A DNA stretch of 63,464 nt, filler included, from Sphacelaria rigidula (Eukaryota), in assembly GCA_964200075.2 (NCBI GenBank). It is 5 parts of 5 records of this genome, joined end to end, with 100 filler letters (N's around TTAATTAATTAA, not from the genome) between each part and the next. Parts side by side here need not be neighbours in the genome. Positions count along the whole stretch, not along the records: positions 12,717 to 25,329 come from CAXNAA020003568.1; positions 25,430 to 38,042 come from CAXNAA020003569.1; 3 more parts are not named here. One strand, given 5' to 3'. Below are positions 13,298 through 25,913 of the stretch, in pieces. Position numbers and translations under genes: made by a program. Within the stretch, counting starts at the first letter, position 1, and each line of letters opens with the position of its first letter. The notes under the pieces were generated by a model. The model was not told the origin of the DNA. It saw only the letters and a program-made list of their open reading frames with translations, and did no database searches.

Positions 13298-15681
13298 GTT
13301 TAGGTCTTCCCTCGATTGTTTGAGAGTGTTTTCGTCCTGCCTGCATCTCTCTCCTCCTCCCGACGAGTCCAAATTCTCCTAGGAGCACCCCATGCCTCCC
13401 CCGGTACCTCCCTTGCAATGTACTCACGACCACTGCGCGTTGCTTGATCTTTGGCACGTCTATTCCGTCGTCCGATGCCTCGTGGATCAGTGAATGTACG
13501 TAAATCCATTGATCAATTCAATCGAGGTGGATTAAGAGGAGCTGGGCTACAATCTACCCACCGTGGTTGACACATTTTACAACCCTAACCCTGACTCTGA
13601 ACCAAGGCATCCCGAGAACCCTCGGGCACGGGAGGTACATGAGGTTCCCTAGGCGAAGCGTGGCGTTAGAAGATCTCGAATCGGCGCCTGTGGCGCCGAT
13701 TTGGATGATAATGCGTTTTGCGTATGCTTGGAGCACACGAGACGGTCAACCCTCGCTAAAGATTGAATTCTTGTTCACATTCAAATCAAGTAATATCAAC
13801 TATGAGTAGATTGTAGCCTAACGCCGATTAATCCTGGTGATTCAATCCAGCCACTTATTTGTTTTCAACATGAACAGCACTCTCGTAGCCAATCGGAATT
13901 TCATCGAACGTTTGCGGTTGGTCACCCCAAACAGCCCCGCGACACTCACCTCCCCATCTTCCGCCCCCTCACTCTCCTCTTCTCCTTCCTCCCCCTTGTC
14001 CCACGTGATCTTGTACCCAGCGCCGATCAGGGATGTGCAACCTGCACCATATTCACGACAAAAATTTCGGCGGGAGAATTGTCGACCTATCACGAGGGGG
14101 AGACATGCACACCGTGAATGTCATCACTCTTGTGTGTACCAGATTCCGCGGTGTAGGTAGAGTCTAGTGTCTTCATTTTCGCGGCGGAGACAGCACCCTC
14201 CGCTGCAGGTTGCCGATGCCATGACGCCCCCCCCGCCCCCCCCTCACCAGAGAAGGTGATCATGTTCACATGGGTCCTCTATTTACTTAGTTCATCACGC
14301 GTGACATACGATGATACATCCGGCAGCGTTTGCAGAGTCAGTATAGCAGATATGCACGGAACAACTTGTAGCTGCTTCCACGGGAAGTGCTCTCCGGCAG
14401 TCGCTGTTGGTACTCTATTGCGAGGAGTTGCGTGCACTTGTCGGGAGTGTGCTGGCTCATTCTGCCGCGCTCTATGCTCGTGTGATGCCTTGCACGCAGA
14501 CCAAGACCCTAGCCCTGCCCTTGTTTGCCCTCGCCCGCCTACTCTTCCTTCCCGGGCGGGCTCTCTCTGTACCCTCCTCCGCAGAGGGTGCACGGGCGAG
14601 AGGTAATTGAGGAGGTTGCTCTTTCGGTCGTCGTGTTCCACTGACCACAACCAATCGGATGTCGGAGGTGGCGGCAAGGCGGACAAGGCAGCCGGGGTCG
14701 CGGGGAACACTGGGTGCGCGGCGAGGCAGTGCCACTGTACGTCAACAGCGTGGGCACGGTACCAGCTGAGGTCGGCACGGAGTGTGCACACCCGTTCATC
14801 GCCTTTTGACCGGCGGGAAACCGCACAGGTGAGGCGTATGCGTGGGGACTTCATGCGGTCACGCCCTCCTCGCTCGATCATTCGTCGTTGTGTGTGGTAT
14901 ATCACTTGCAGAAAGTTCACGGGAAACAGATAACGGCACTTGACGTGTACGGCAGCACTATTAACGGCAACGTTATTAACGGCAGTTTGGTTGAGATGGT
15001 CGATTGATCGGCAGACTTCAAGTTACCCCGCAAGGATCCAGAACAAGAGGTGCCGTTTCCGTAGTTAGATCAGTAATCCCGGTCGTATGCCCCCACAATT
15101 TCATATTCCTCATCGCCTGCTCGCACGGCAGTCCTACTGCCAGCGTTTATTGGAACAAACACGTGGGTGTACACATCTGGACTGGCTTGAACAGCATTGT
15201 GAACTGAATCCCCCAACAAACACCACCTGCTCATTTTAACGGAAGCTAACGCAAGGACTGGGGTACGAACAGGCGAGGAAGACTGCAAAACTGTGGGGGG
15301 ATACGGCCTAGATTCCCCGTCTACTCACCAGAAGATTCCGAAAACATTACCCCAAGCGGCACACGTGCGCTCTGCTTTGTTCCGTTTCGTTTCGTATGTC
15401 AACTTTCGTGACGCTTTTTGATTTCGCCATGGCTCTCATGTGCGCTGCTTCCTCGGCCTGGCTAAACACGCTCCAGATAGCCGCGGGAGATAACATGTTC
15501 CAGAAGCCGAAGTTCGACCTGGAACTATGCCACCAGTCGGCTCAGCAGGCCCGGGAGCAGGTCGGCGTGTGGTGTCGAGTGATGTGGATAGGTTTCAGGC
15601 CAGCGAAATGGGGGTATCGTTTGGTGGCCAGCAAATATCCCTGAGGTGGTTGCTAGGCACAAACTGATCCGAACTCCCCTC

Positions 15682-16012
15682 ACCCACCTCCAACTCGCCG
15701 TGAATCTCGCGGTAATCTAGCGTCCAAGTCGACGTGGTCGTCGCGGAGGGCTTCACAGGTTCGCTCGAAGCTGGTGATGTGGTCTTGGAGCGACATGATT
15801 TCTTCCTCTTCCGTGAATAATGCCCTCGCCGTGGATTCTCTGTTTAGCTAAACAGACAAACCACGGCGAGGACACTATTCGCGGCTGAGGAAGACATCAT
15901 GTCGCACCAGGGCCACATCACCAGCCTCGAGCGAACCTACGAAGCCTTCCGCGGCGACCACGTCGACTTACAGGCCAGATACCGCGAACTTCTCAGCGAC
16001 TTGGAGATGGGC
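15682..16012. repeat. Spacerless inverted duplication (about 165-bp arms) of an exon-like sequence
   Basis: The arms are diverged reverse complements around the perfect palindrome TCTGTTTAGCTAAACAGA (15839-15856). Confidence 0.9.
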
Positions 16013-16724
16013 AGGTTTCTCAGGCACTGATCCGGTCGCTACGTAGTGGGTTGAAGGCGTGTAATGTGGTATGTGTGATGTCCTGAAACAGTGCGCAATG
16101 TGGCGCTTGTTTTCAGCTTGCAATTAATTGAACGGCGGAACAACGCGAGTGCGACTGAAGGGGGCGTGTTCGAATGGGAGAAGTCTCTTCCGACGGAGGA
16201 AAATGTTGCTTGTGTCTGAGGCCATCCGTGGTGTTTTATAATAGTACCGACTTATATATATATATATATATCGAAGTTCATTGATTATGAGGCACAAAGG
16301 GCGAGACTCTGCAGATTCAGTTGAGACATGTTCTTGGGGTGGGTATATCCCATGCCAACATCATATTTTGCTGTCGAAACGTGTCGGCATTCCTTCACCG
16401 GTTTCGAAAGGTGATCATATCGATCAAAGCCACCTTAAGATAGGCGGGAAGAAAAGTGTTCATGAGAGATGCGGCCGTGGTGAGCACGCGCGCATCGTGT
16501 GCTCACCACGGATAGTAGTTTTCATGGCTCTTTTTTACTTCTTTCCTTATGCCCTCCCCCACGAGGAAGACTATGGCAGGCATGATCATGAGTACACCCC
16601 ACGAGGAAGGAACAAGCACGGCCCCTGGGTATTTACTCTGCGTTGTCATCGCTACACGTGCGCGGCGCTTACGAAAAGTGCGCTCGTACTGGGCGAGGGG
16701 CAACCAACCTACCGTGAGTTACGG

Positions 16725-16920
16725 ACTGTCACCCCGGGCAATCATAAACCACATTCTCCACGGGATCGAAAACTCACGGGACATTTGTCGGGGCGGGATG
16801 GAACAGGATGACCAGGTTTTTTCAGGGGATGGGAAACTTACGGGCTATTTATCGGGACCGGATGGGACAGGATGGCCCGTCCCATCCCGTCTGCTCGGGC
16901 GTTGCTCACGGGGTAATATA
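16725..16920. mobile_element. MITE-like remnant rich in ACGGGA/GGGATGG motifs
   Basis: Two tandem about 62-bp units AAACT.ACGGG..ATTT.TCGGG.C.GGATGG.ACAGGATG, followed by the inverted CCCGTCCCATCCCGT. Confidence 0.45.
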
Positions 16921-19766
16921 CTGAGTACCATTATTATCCCGTGTCACCTTTACTTTTTTAGGATGATACTCGACGAGCTGCGGGAATGCTGACTGACCCA
17001 ACGCTGGACACGGAACGGTCGAAATATGTTAGGGAAAGGTGGGTTGGCTGCTTGCGACTACAGACCCGCCACGATCAAGGGGGCGACGGGGCGACGGGGG
17101 GGGGTGCACTCATGATCTCGCACGTTGCAGTTCGGCAAGTCGCACCAAGGATGAGCTGCATCCTACAAGAATTGTTCGGCCCAAAGCGTACTGATTATAT
17201 TGCATATGGATGATAGCCTCAATGGATTGCTTCATTTTCTAGTATCGCCACTTCAAGAGAGAGCCACGGGTTACCCACCACCTCATGGATGCCTCACCAT
17301 CTCAATACTACGTAGCACGATCACCCCCTTTGCGCGTCGTTCTAGTTCTCTACCCCCCACACAGTACGACCTAGCACGACCATCATCACGGCTACGGCGA
17401 AAGAATCGATGGCCCGGTCGCCTAGCTTACACAGTGAGTGGCGTGTTTCACAGCGTCATTGCCAGCCGACGCAACAACAGAGTAAGAGGGTGTTATTGAA
17501 GGTATAACAAAAGAAAAGGGGAGCAATTTCATCGACCAGCAAGGCTGACCTGCCATCTGTGCGAAGAGAATAAAGTTGTCGTTATCGTCGGGAGATGCCG
17601 CACCTGCCATTTGCGCGAACAAGAGGTTGGTCGTGTCAGCAACCTGGGCCTCCGCCCCGGTAATCATGCTCAACCTGTTAAAAAAAAAGCACGAATGGAA
17701 TGCGTGAGACACGCGCACACAGAGGTGTCGACGACAAAAAAAACGATGACATATTTCACGTACATGTGCGATGGACCAGCTGTTTTTCAGCCGCCAATCA
17801 TGTACCATGACGCAAGTGGGTTATGATTCATACCCTGGCATGGCTACCGGAGACGTTTTATGACGACTTCCAGTTTCATGCTCGAAAGTTGCTGTCGTAA
17901 AGATCCGCAAAAACACGCCACGCTCAAGGGGTCGACGGAGTAGCCTTCAATCTACTTGACAAAACGAACTCGGGGTGCGTGTGTTCAGCAGCAAAATAAA
18001 TAATAAATCCTCCTTGCCCTTTCCTTATTTTTTTTTATGGAGTGCTGCAGATGCACGGTGCTTACGAACAAATTTCGTAGACGTACATGTTTCGATGAAC
18101 GTTCGTACTGCACTTCATCGATAGTACACAACCGAACCGCGTTAGGGATATTATCAACAAATCTGTCCCCTCCGCGCGCCCCGAAATCTCGGAATTTTTC
18201 GGAAATAAAAGCAACTCCGAAAAATGTGAGAGCAGATCATTGAACTAAGTCGAACAACAGATCAAATTATGACGCAGTACCGATTTCTCCGGAAATCCCG
18301 CTTCTGACCATTATTTCTCAGCATTTGGGGGGGTGGGGTGGGGGGGGGGCCGTAGGTGGGGAAAAAATCCCAAAAATTACTAGAAAGAAAATATATAGAT
18401 GTCAAAATTGCCCCACAAATGAAATCCTTACCCGATGGGACTGGGGAAACAGTCGACATTTACAAGCGTGCGTCTATTACTTTTTCATCACTAAAATCTT
18501 AATATCGATCACTCCATTGCTCGGCTGTTCATTGTGCTTTACTCTCGTCTATGGAAATCAACGTACAGCTCGCTAAACCGCGAGCAAAATGAGTAAACCG
18601 CCAGGTTCCAGAGTCTATCCACCTAAACATGGAAAATGATCCAAATCTACACCATGCAAGATTAGACAATCGACCACCCTTTCAAAGCGTCACGGGGTGA
18701 ATACGGATACGTCAAGGTCAGTACGGCACTCTTTCAAGGGTGCAGGGTAAGAAGATCCGCATTCCAGCCCACCTGCAATCCTTTCCTGCATTTCGTCTTG
18801 GTGGCCGGCAGGCATAGGATGGAGATGGGGATCGCACTGCCGCTAGTACGCCAGCGGAAGGGGAGCGTGCTAGACTCCCGGTCCCCGCCGTGAAAACGAA
18901 CCCCTCCGCTGTCCCTGCGGTTGTTGCTGCTACCGCCGCAACACCCGCCACTGCAGAATATATCTGATGTTTTTATTTCATTTTCGGCATTTATTTTATT
19001 TTATTTTATTTTGTTGAAAACAACACCAGAACAGCAGTGGGCAGGAGAGGGTACATTAGTGCCTTCACGTTAAAAAAAAAAATGTGACGACAATAACAAC
19101 AGTGTGCCTCGCCCGCGTGTGACTTTTCCTCGGCAAATATCATGAGGAACGCCACGGTAAAGCAGCGGAGTGTTCAGGGGGGAAGATATTATTATTGCAA
19201 CAACGCCAGAATTGAGGCCACTTCTAATGGCACACACTGAAAGAGAGCTAGGCGGATTTTGACATCTTGGACTGCCTTGCTGTACTCGTTGAGGCGGCTC
19301 CAGTACACCTGTGCGTTTTCCCGGTAGCCGCATTTTTTCTGTTGCCCAATCCTGCATTTTTTTCGGAGACCGGTCAAGTCCATAGGCAAATATTGTGGGC
19401 TGAAACCGTCTAATACAGGAAGGCATTTCAAGGTGTCAAACTTCGCCTGACACTCTTTTACGGCGTGAAACGACATAAAAGCTTCAAAAAAGCACTTTCC
19501 AGACTATAATTCGTGTCTGTCATGAATTGGCCTCAAGAAAAAAAAGGAAAAAAACGCTGAAAACAAATTCAACACTAGATTTTCCGCCGAACACATGTAC
19601 TGTAGTAATTATTCTTAGATCGTTCTATTCGTTGACCTGGTTAAACATCTGCCAGTCACATTTTCCGGGGAGGAAGTTTCTTTTCCCTCGAAAAAGTCAA
19701 GAAGCGTCTGAGAGGAAACAGCCCCGTGAAATAACGGCCCTCAACCCGCAAACAATATCGAAATAC

Positions 19767-20009
19767 CCAAGAGCCTACACGTTGCACTCGATACGTGTCC
19801 CGTCGTGCCACGTTTCACGTCAAAAGTTAAGCCAGGCCAGTACTACGGTGGGGGACGAGGACCACACGAGAAGCCCTATTCAAAAGTCAGGTCAAATCAG
19901 ACGGCTTCCCACATGGTCCCCCACCGTAGTATTTTAGTAGTCTGGCTTGACCTTTGACGACTTTTGACCTGACACGTGAACCTAACGGATGTCACGTGTG
20001 GACCCTTGG
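19767..20009. mobile_element. Small TIR/foldback element with long (13-15 bp) target duplication
   Basis: Ends CCAAGAGCCTACACG / CACGTGTGGACCCTTGG. Inner hairpin TACTACGGTGGGGAC...GTCCCCACCGTAGTA. Flanked by AATATCGAAATAC at 19754-19766 and 20011-20023. Confidence 0.7.
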
Positions 20010-20334
20010 AAATATCGAAATACCCTACCGTCCCTGCAAGGGCCTGTTTCAACCGAACGAAAGACGTGAGGACGCGCCTTGAGAGTGGCAGTGATTGTGG
20101 TGTTTCTTGTGATTTTTTTCTTCTTCGTGTCCTTCCAACTGGTTGCCAATCAGGGCGTGTCTTAGAACATTTGTTTCCGGAATTGACTTGAGCGAAATTC
20201 GCCCCTCTACCGGCTGTCGATCAAAAAAAGACGGTGGAATTCGTGAAACGGTACACACGGTCGCTTGTGTACAGTACGTGTACAGACAGTCTGTGCTGTC
20301 TGCACTTCTTGTGACAGGCCCACGGTTGTCTCGA

Positions 20335-21495
20335 GGGCGTGTGTGCGTGTCTGGTAGGGTGTGAAACAGAAGTGGGCAACGTGAAGTGCTGTTCTACAGC
20401 CCAGGACTATCTGTTCTCTCTGCTTACACTGCGACATAAAGAGGATTTGTACGACGTGCAGCTCTATACTGCCTGCAGTCTATGAGCGTGGACACAACTC
20501 GGTTGCCCACGCTACCACGCAGGTCATTCGCTGAACCCCACCATGAAAGAAGATGCTCAAGTTTTCGCCAACAAAATTAAACGAAGCATACCCGACTACT
20601 GCAGTGTATTTATCTACCCCTGTGCTCAACTCGTGCTCTACACTGCAGGGTTGGGGTGGTAGCTGAGAATGAGTTGGATGGAGTTTGCATGGTTCTGTAA
20701 ACCGGTGGTACCTGGCGTAGTGGTGTGTAAGATGAGAGTCAAGTGCCCCTTCGTGACCTCCAAACGGATGTTTTCGATCGAGAAAGCTTAGCTCATTGTC
20801 TCCACTTCTTCTCCGCGCGCCACTAATTATCAACAATAGTTTCAGCCAGCAAGGAACAGAAATGCGGTGAACCTATCAGATCGGAATTTTTCTGCTCCAC
20901 CGCACTTATTTGATCGAAAAAGTGCGGTCGATTTTTTTCTTGATATGATAGGTCCACCGCATTTTTGCTCCTCGAAGGCTCCAACTATTTCTCAAAAATA
21001 AGTGGCGCGCGGAGAAGAAGTGAAGAACAATGAAACTATGCTTTTTCGATCGAAAACATCCGGCCAGAAGGCACGAAGGGGCACTTGACTCATATCTTAC
21101 ATACCACATCAGATACCACCCACTCGCAGAACCATGTAGACCCCACGAAGCTCATTCTCAGCTACCACCGCAACCCTGCAATGAAGAGCACGAGTTGAGC
21201 ATAGGGATAGATACACTGTAGTAGTCGGGTATGCTCTGTTTATTTTTGCTGGCGAAAACTTGAGCATCTTTTTTCATGGTAGGGGTCAGCGAATGGACTG
21301 CGTGGTAGTGTGGGCAACCGAGTTGTGTCCACGCTCATGGACGGTGCAGGCACTACAAAGCTGCATGTTTTACAACTCCTTTCCACGTCGCATAGTGGGC
21401 CGAAAGAACATATAGTCCTGGGCTGGGTGTACTGCACGTTGCCCGCTCCCCATTGACATCCTACTCTACGGAACACGCACACGCGCACGCACACG
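20335..21495. mobile_element. Large foldback element (about 550-bp inverted arms)
   Basis: About 20370-20880 is the reverse complement of about 20945-21450, e.g. GAGCGTGGACACAACTCGGTTGCCCAC / GTGGGCAACCGAGTTGTGTCCACGCTC. Small nested palindromes at the centre. Confidence 0.85.
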
Positions 21496-21974
21496 CACAC
21501 GACACACTGTACGCAAACAGTGGAAAAAGTACGAGCTGGGCCAGCCAACAATGGGTGGTTTTCTCGGTCAGGCGACGCACGGCGTGATATTAGGAGTTGG
21601 ACGCCGAAATTTTGACAGCAGCTTTTTATTATCGACATGAACAACATCCCGTGAGCAGCAAAGAAAAAATATGAGAATTTGCAGCTGCTCACGGGATATA
21701 TCATTTCCTTGGATGCAGAAGGTTTTCCTGAAATTTCAGCTCAAAAGTCGTCGAATTGGACCGTGAGTGCAACGTTTTGCGTGACGCTGCTGCATACCTA
21801 TGGTTCAAGTGATGAGAGACTTCCATTTATGGAGGTCATGAGTTCGAATGCCGACAGGCTCTCTTTTCTTTCCGTACGTTGTTGAGGTTATATATTGTGC
21901 ATTAAATCTTTTCAGTTTTTTTTTCAATGCCGGTCGCCCCGGTGGCTCAGTTGGTAACCTCGGAACGTTCTGAC

Positions 21975-23544
21975 TAGAGCTCGGTATTGGGTATTGGGTC
22001 GAAAATATATTGCCCCCAATACGCATAGGATATTTATATTTTCTAAGCGTGTTTTTTGGGCCCTAAATTGAAGATTTTTGGCGTATCTTACGCGAGGGAA
22101 TATCCCCCAAAATTACTCAACACATCCGCATATTCTCGCATTGATATTCCAGATATAATACATAGTGCCCAAATATATCCAATATACCCAATGCATATAT
22201 GGGATATAGACGCGGATATCACACGATATGTCTTCTCGTATATCAGAATCTGCCTCATTACCTTGTCTTCAGAACCCAGATTCCTGGTACGCAAATAACA
22301 GTGGTGTCACCGCACCCGTGCACACAAGAAGCACATGTGGTAGTTCGTACTTGTTAATGCAATCACATTTTGAATTGCCAAGCGTTTTTCAGGTTGTGGT
22401 ATGCGATGTGCGATGCATCGTTTGTGGCGGTAGACTAAGGTACCACATTTTCAATGCGAATTTGATTTGGTTCTCTCGTGCTTGCGCTGTGTCACTGGTT
22501 TCATGGTGGAATGCAGTAATGAAGCAGTGGTATTTTGATAGAAGGTGTACACCCGCCTAGTTTAGTCCTTTGTGGTGTAAAGAGTGGACATGATTGGGTT
22601 TGTGACAAAATGTTTGCGGCGTGTTGCCAGGTGGTGGGGGTTTAGACCTTTAGTCGGGATGGCAGCACGGAGATAATGGGAGGGGTGCAGGTAGACGCAT
22701 GGGTTCAAATCGAGGTTTGACAGGCTTCTCGGTTACCGTGAGGGAGACGACTATTTGGCGCGGTAGGCGCCAAAAAATATAACGACAGAAAAAAATTATA
22801 ATGAAAACGACAACTACCGTCACTTGAAGGCGTGTCTTGTTTTTACTTGTTTGCTCTGCTTGTTGGCGTTTGAGCGTTTGGGCGCGTCGTCCCTCAAGCG
22901 CTGTCGTGTGTACCTCTATGCAGTATGCCTGGCACGTGCATAAGTGTGTGCAGCTTACTGATGAGACACGTAACTCGTCACTCGTTACACACACATAAAA
23001 AACATAGGTATGCCGCGCCCCGGTGGTGTAATGGTCCGACTGACGCCATTAGGGTGGGGAGAACCAGGATTCGACTCCCGATGCGATGGATTTTTTCTTC
23101 GTGACGTATGATTTCCACCGCGGAAAGCGTGAGAACGTGAGTAAACAAAAGAGTCGACTGTGTTTGTGTGACATGAGTTTACGCGGTGCGGGAATGCTGA
23201 TCCCATCCGCGAGACACAGACCAAAAAAAAAGGCGCGTACCGGGGGAGAGATGGGTTGATACCTTGAGACCACGGGTTCATTCCGAGGAAGGGGAGGGGT
23301 TCAAAGTGTGAGGGAAAAAAAAAAGAACCACACCCTTCAAGTAAATCTGTATAATCTGGACAAATCGTCCCTATGTCCACAGATATCTGGAGGGATATCG
23401 AGTGTGATCTCGGATACGCATAGGACAGTCTAACTATCCGGATATGATATTTCTTATGCGAGATTGCAGATATATGCGAGAATTTTTCACCCAATATATC
23501 TATATCCTATTGGGGGTCATTTTCAGACGCAGTACCGAGCTCTA
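21975..23544. mobile_element. Non-autonomous hAT-like DNA transposon
   Basis: TIR TAGAGCTCGGTA / TACCGAGCTCTA. 8-bp TSD GTTCTGAC (21967-21974) / GTTTTGAC (23545-23552). GATAT/ATATC-rich subterminal repeats. No transposase ORF. Confidence 0.85.
23012..23325 (+). mobile_element. tRNA-derived SINE family B, nested in the hAT-like element
   Basis: GCCCCGGTGGTGTAATGG (A box), GGATTCGACTCCC (B box), conserved body and A-rich tail. Near-collinear copies at 27058 and 45861. Confidence 0.85.
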
Positions 23545-25329
23545 GTTTTGACGGTTGGGTTGTGGGTTCAAATCGCGGAGCGATCTCGGTTTTTTACTCA
23601 CAACATGCTCAACAGTGGAGAGCGACTACTGTATGTCGTGGATACACAAAATTCGACGTATCGGTTGACGAGGGAAAGGGAACGCTGAACCCCTCTCGCG
23701 ATAGAAAAGAAAAGGCAAGCACCGCAGAAGGAAGGTGGGGTACTAAAAAAGAAAAAAGCTCTTGTGTTGATCCTCTTCCTGTGTGACCCCGGATGGTGCG
23801 CCCACATACACCGGAAGGTGTAGACCGGCGATGGGACGACAACACACACACATACACTCAGCGGCGGTGCCGTGTGTTACCAGGTTGGTCTGCACTCCAC
23901 AGTGGTATGCTTACATCAGGTTCATTAGGGAAACTAGTGAAGCCATGGTGTGAGCAACTTTAAGCCGCTTTAAAGCTGGCCCAGCTCGTACAGACTGTCT
24001 GTACCGTACACAAGGGACGGAGTACCGTTTCACCAATTTCACCGCCTGTTTTCGGTCGAAAGCTTGAAAATTCGCCTGGACCCAACTCGACAGAAATAGG
24101 CGAATTTCGCTCATATCAATTCCACCGCCCTTTTTCTTTCCGTCGACAAAAACAGTACTGAGAAGACACGCCTTCAGCTCTCAACCAATCGGAAGGGCAA
24201 GGAAAACAAATCGAAACCGCCAGAACTACTCCGTCTCTCAGTGCGCCTTCTCAGCTTACTTGTCTCGTTCAAGCGGGGCTTGAAATAAAAGCCTTGTCGA
24301 GATAATGCTTCGACAGCGCGGCGCTTTCGGCAGAAGAGTGAACAGCACAATAAATTATACGTACTACATGATTTGATTGATTGATTGATTGATTGTCGCG
24401 CAATAAATGAAAAGGAGTGTTCGGATTTTGGGTTGAGGATGGGGTTGGATAAGTTCATTTTTTTAAAAGGGAACACAATACAAATACTGTACATGGTTAA
24501 TATAATAATATATTAATTAAATCATTAGCCCTATTGGGACCGGGCCTCCAGAACGACCAATGAGGCTGGTTAGTAATGACGCGTCTGACGTCTGCACGAA
24601 ACAGTGGCGTGTTGCTGAAAATCCGCTTCTGTAACCGCAGGGTTATGACGAAGACCGAAAGTTTCATCTAATCTATTTTCAGGTGCAGGGTACGCATTAG
24701 GCCATGTACATCTGATGTAGCAAGCAATATGGGTCGTGGTAGAGAGCTTCCAACAGGATGCGGCGAACCAGCGGGTCGCCCGCCGCTTGTGACTTTGGAC
24801 GATATTGTTGTCCCCATCACCTTGCCAAACGGCTCTTTGTGGTCGAGCTGGGCCGCGATTTCCCTCTTTATTGCATGCGGCAAATTCTCTTCGAAGGGTA
24901 TGGGCGTTGCGACGCACACACATACAGTACAATGCAGTACGCCTCTTCGACTGCAGCAGAAGCTGCTGCTGCATACTCCCTTGCACGTTCTGGGCAATTA
25001 TCAGCTTTCGAGACCAACTGCCTATATATACCCCGCTTCTTCATCCTCGACAACTACATAAATGTCAACTGCACACTGCAAGTCATCGGCAGAGGGAAAA
25101 GGACTCTTCTTAACGACCGTTGATTGGTCGCTGGGATAACACACCTCCCAAGAAATCCCCTCAACGTAGGTATGGGTGGTGTGCTTTTCACCTCTGTGAC
25201 CACGGGTTCGAGAGATCGAGCTAATGTGACGGATATAGTAATGACAATAATAAACGTGCACTAAGACCCACTTTTATGGCAAACGAATCCCGATTTTTTT
25301 GGACCCCGATTTTGAAAAAAATCGGGGGG

Positions 25330-25429
25330 NNNNNNNNNNNNNNNNNNNNNNNNNNNNNNNNNNNNNNNNNNNNTTAATTAATTAANNNNNNNNNNNNNNN
25401 NNNNNNNNNNNNNNNNNNNNNNNNNNNNN
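25330..25429. other. Artificial contig spacer
   Basis: 44N-TTAATTAATTAA-44N. Confidence 0.98.
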
Positions 25430-25913
25430 CCCGGCGTTGTAGGGATGCGAGGTCAATGGTCTTATGACTTTGGCATGCATGGTCATGAGTACACCCCCCC
25501 TGACGTCGGACCCTTACTGTAGTCTCCAAGTGAACATCGGGCCCAGTTGTTCTGTTGTCCGTGTTCGCGGTTGAGCGTTCCACAATTCAACTAAAGCCCC
25601 CAACTGAATTTGCGTTGAGGTTGAATCTAGTGAAAGGTAGAGGATTGACTTGCTTCGTCTGTGTTGCAATGGCCGTTGTGATAGTATCTTCCAACTCCTC
25701 GATCATAACCAATAGCGGTGCCCATAAGGTTTCCATCCGAACGCTCAGCCCGTTTAGCTAGTCTGTTCGGTCTCCGAAACTTCTCGTGTGGTATCGTAGC
25801 CATCACCATGCTCATTACTTTGTTTAGCATATTCATTTCAAGAGCTATCGTTCTTCTTTCAACGGATGTTTTTTGTTTTCCGAAACCGCCGTTGATGTCA
25901 TGTCTACTCAAAG

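Larger units (their letters stand above)
21929..23856 (+). mobile_element. SINE family A copy split by a hAT-like insertion (head 21929-21974, body 23545-23856)
   Basis: Removing 21975-23544 and one TSD copy restores GGTGGCTCAGTTGGTAACCTCGGAACGTTCTGACGGTTGGGTTGTGGGTTCAAATC, collinear with the 10750 copy. Confidence 0.85.
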
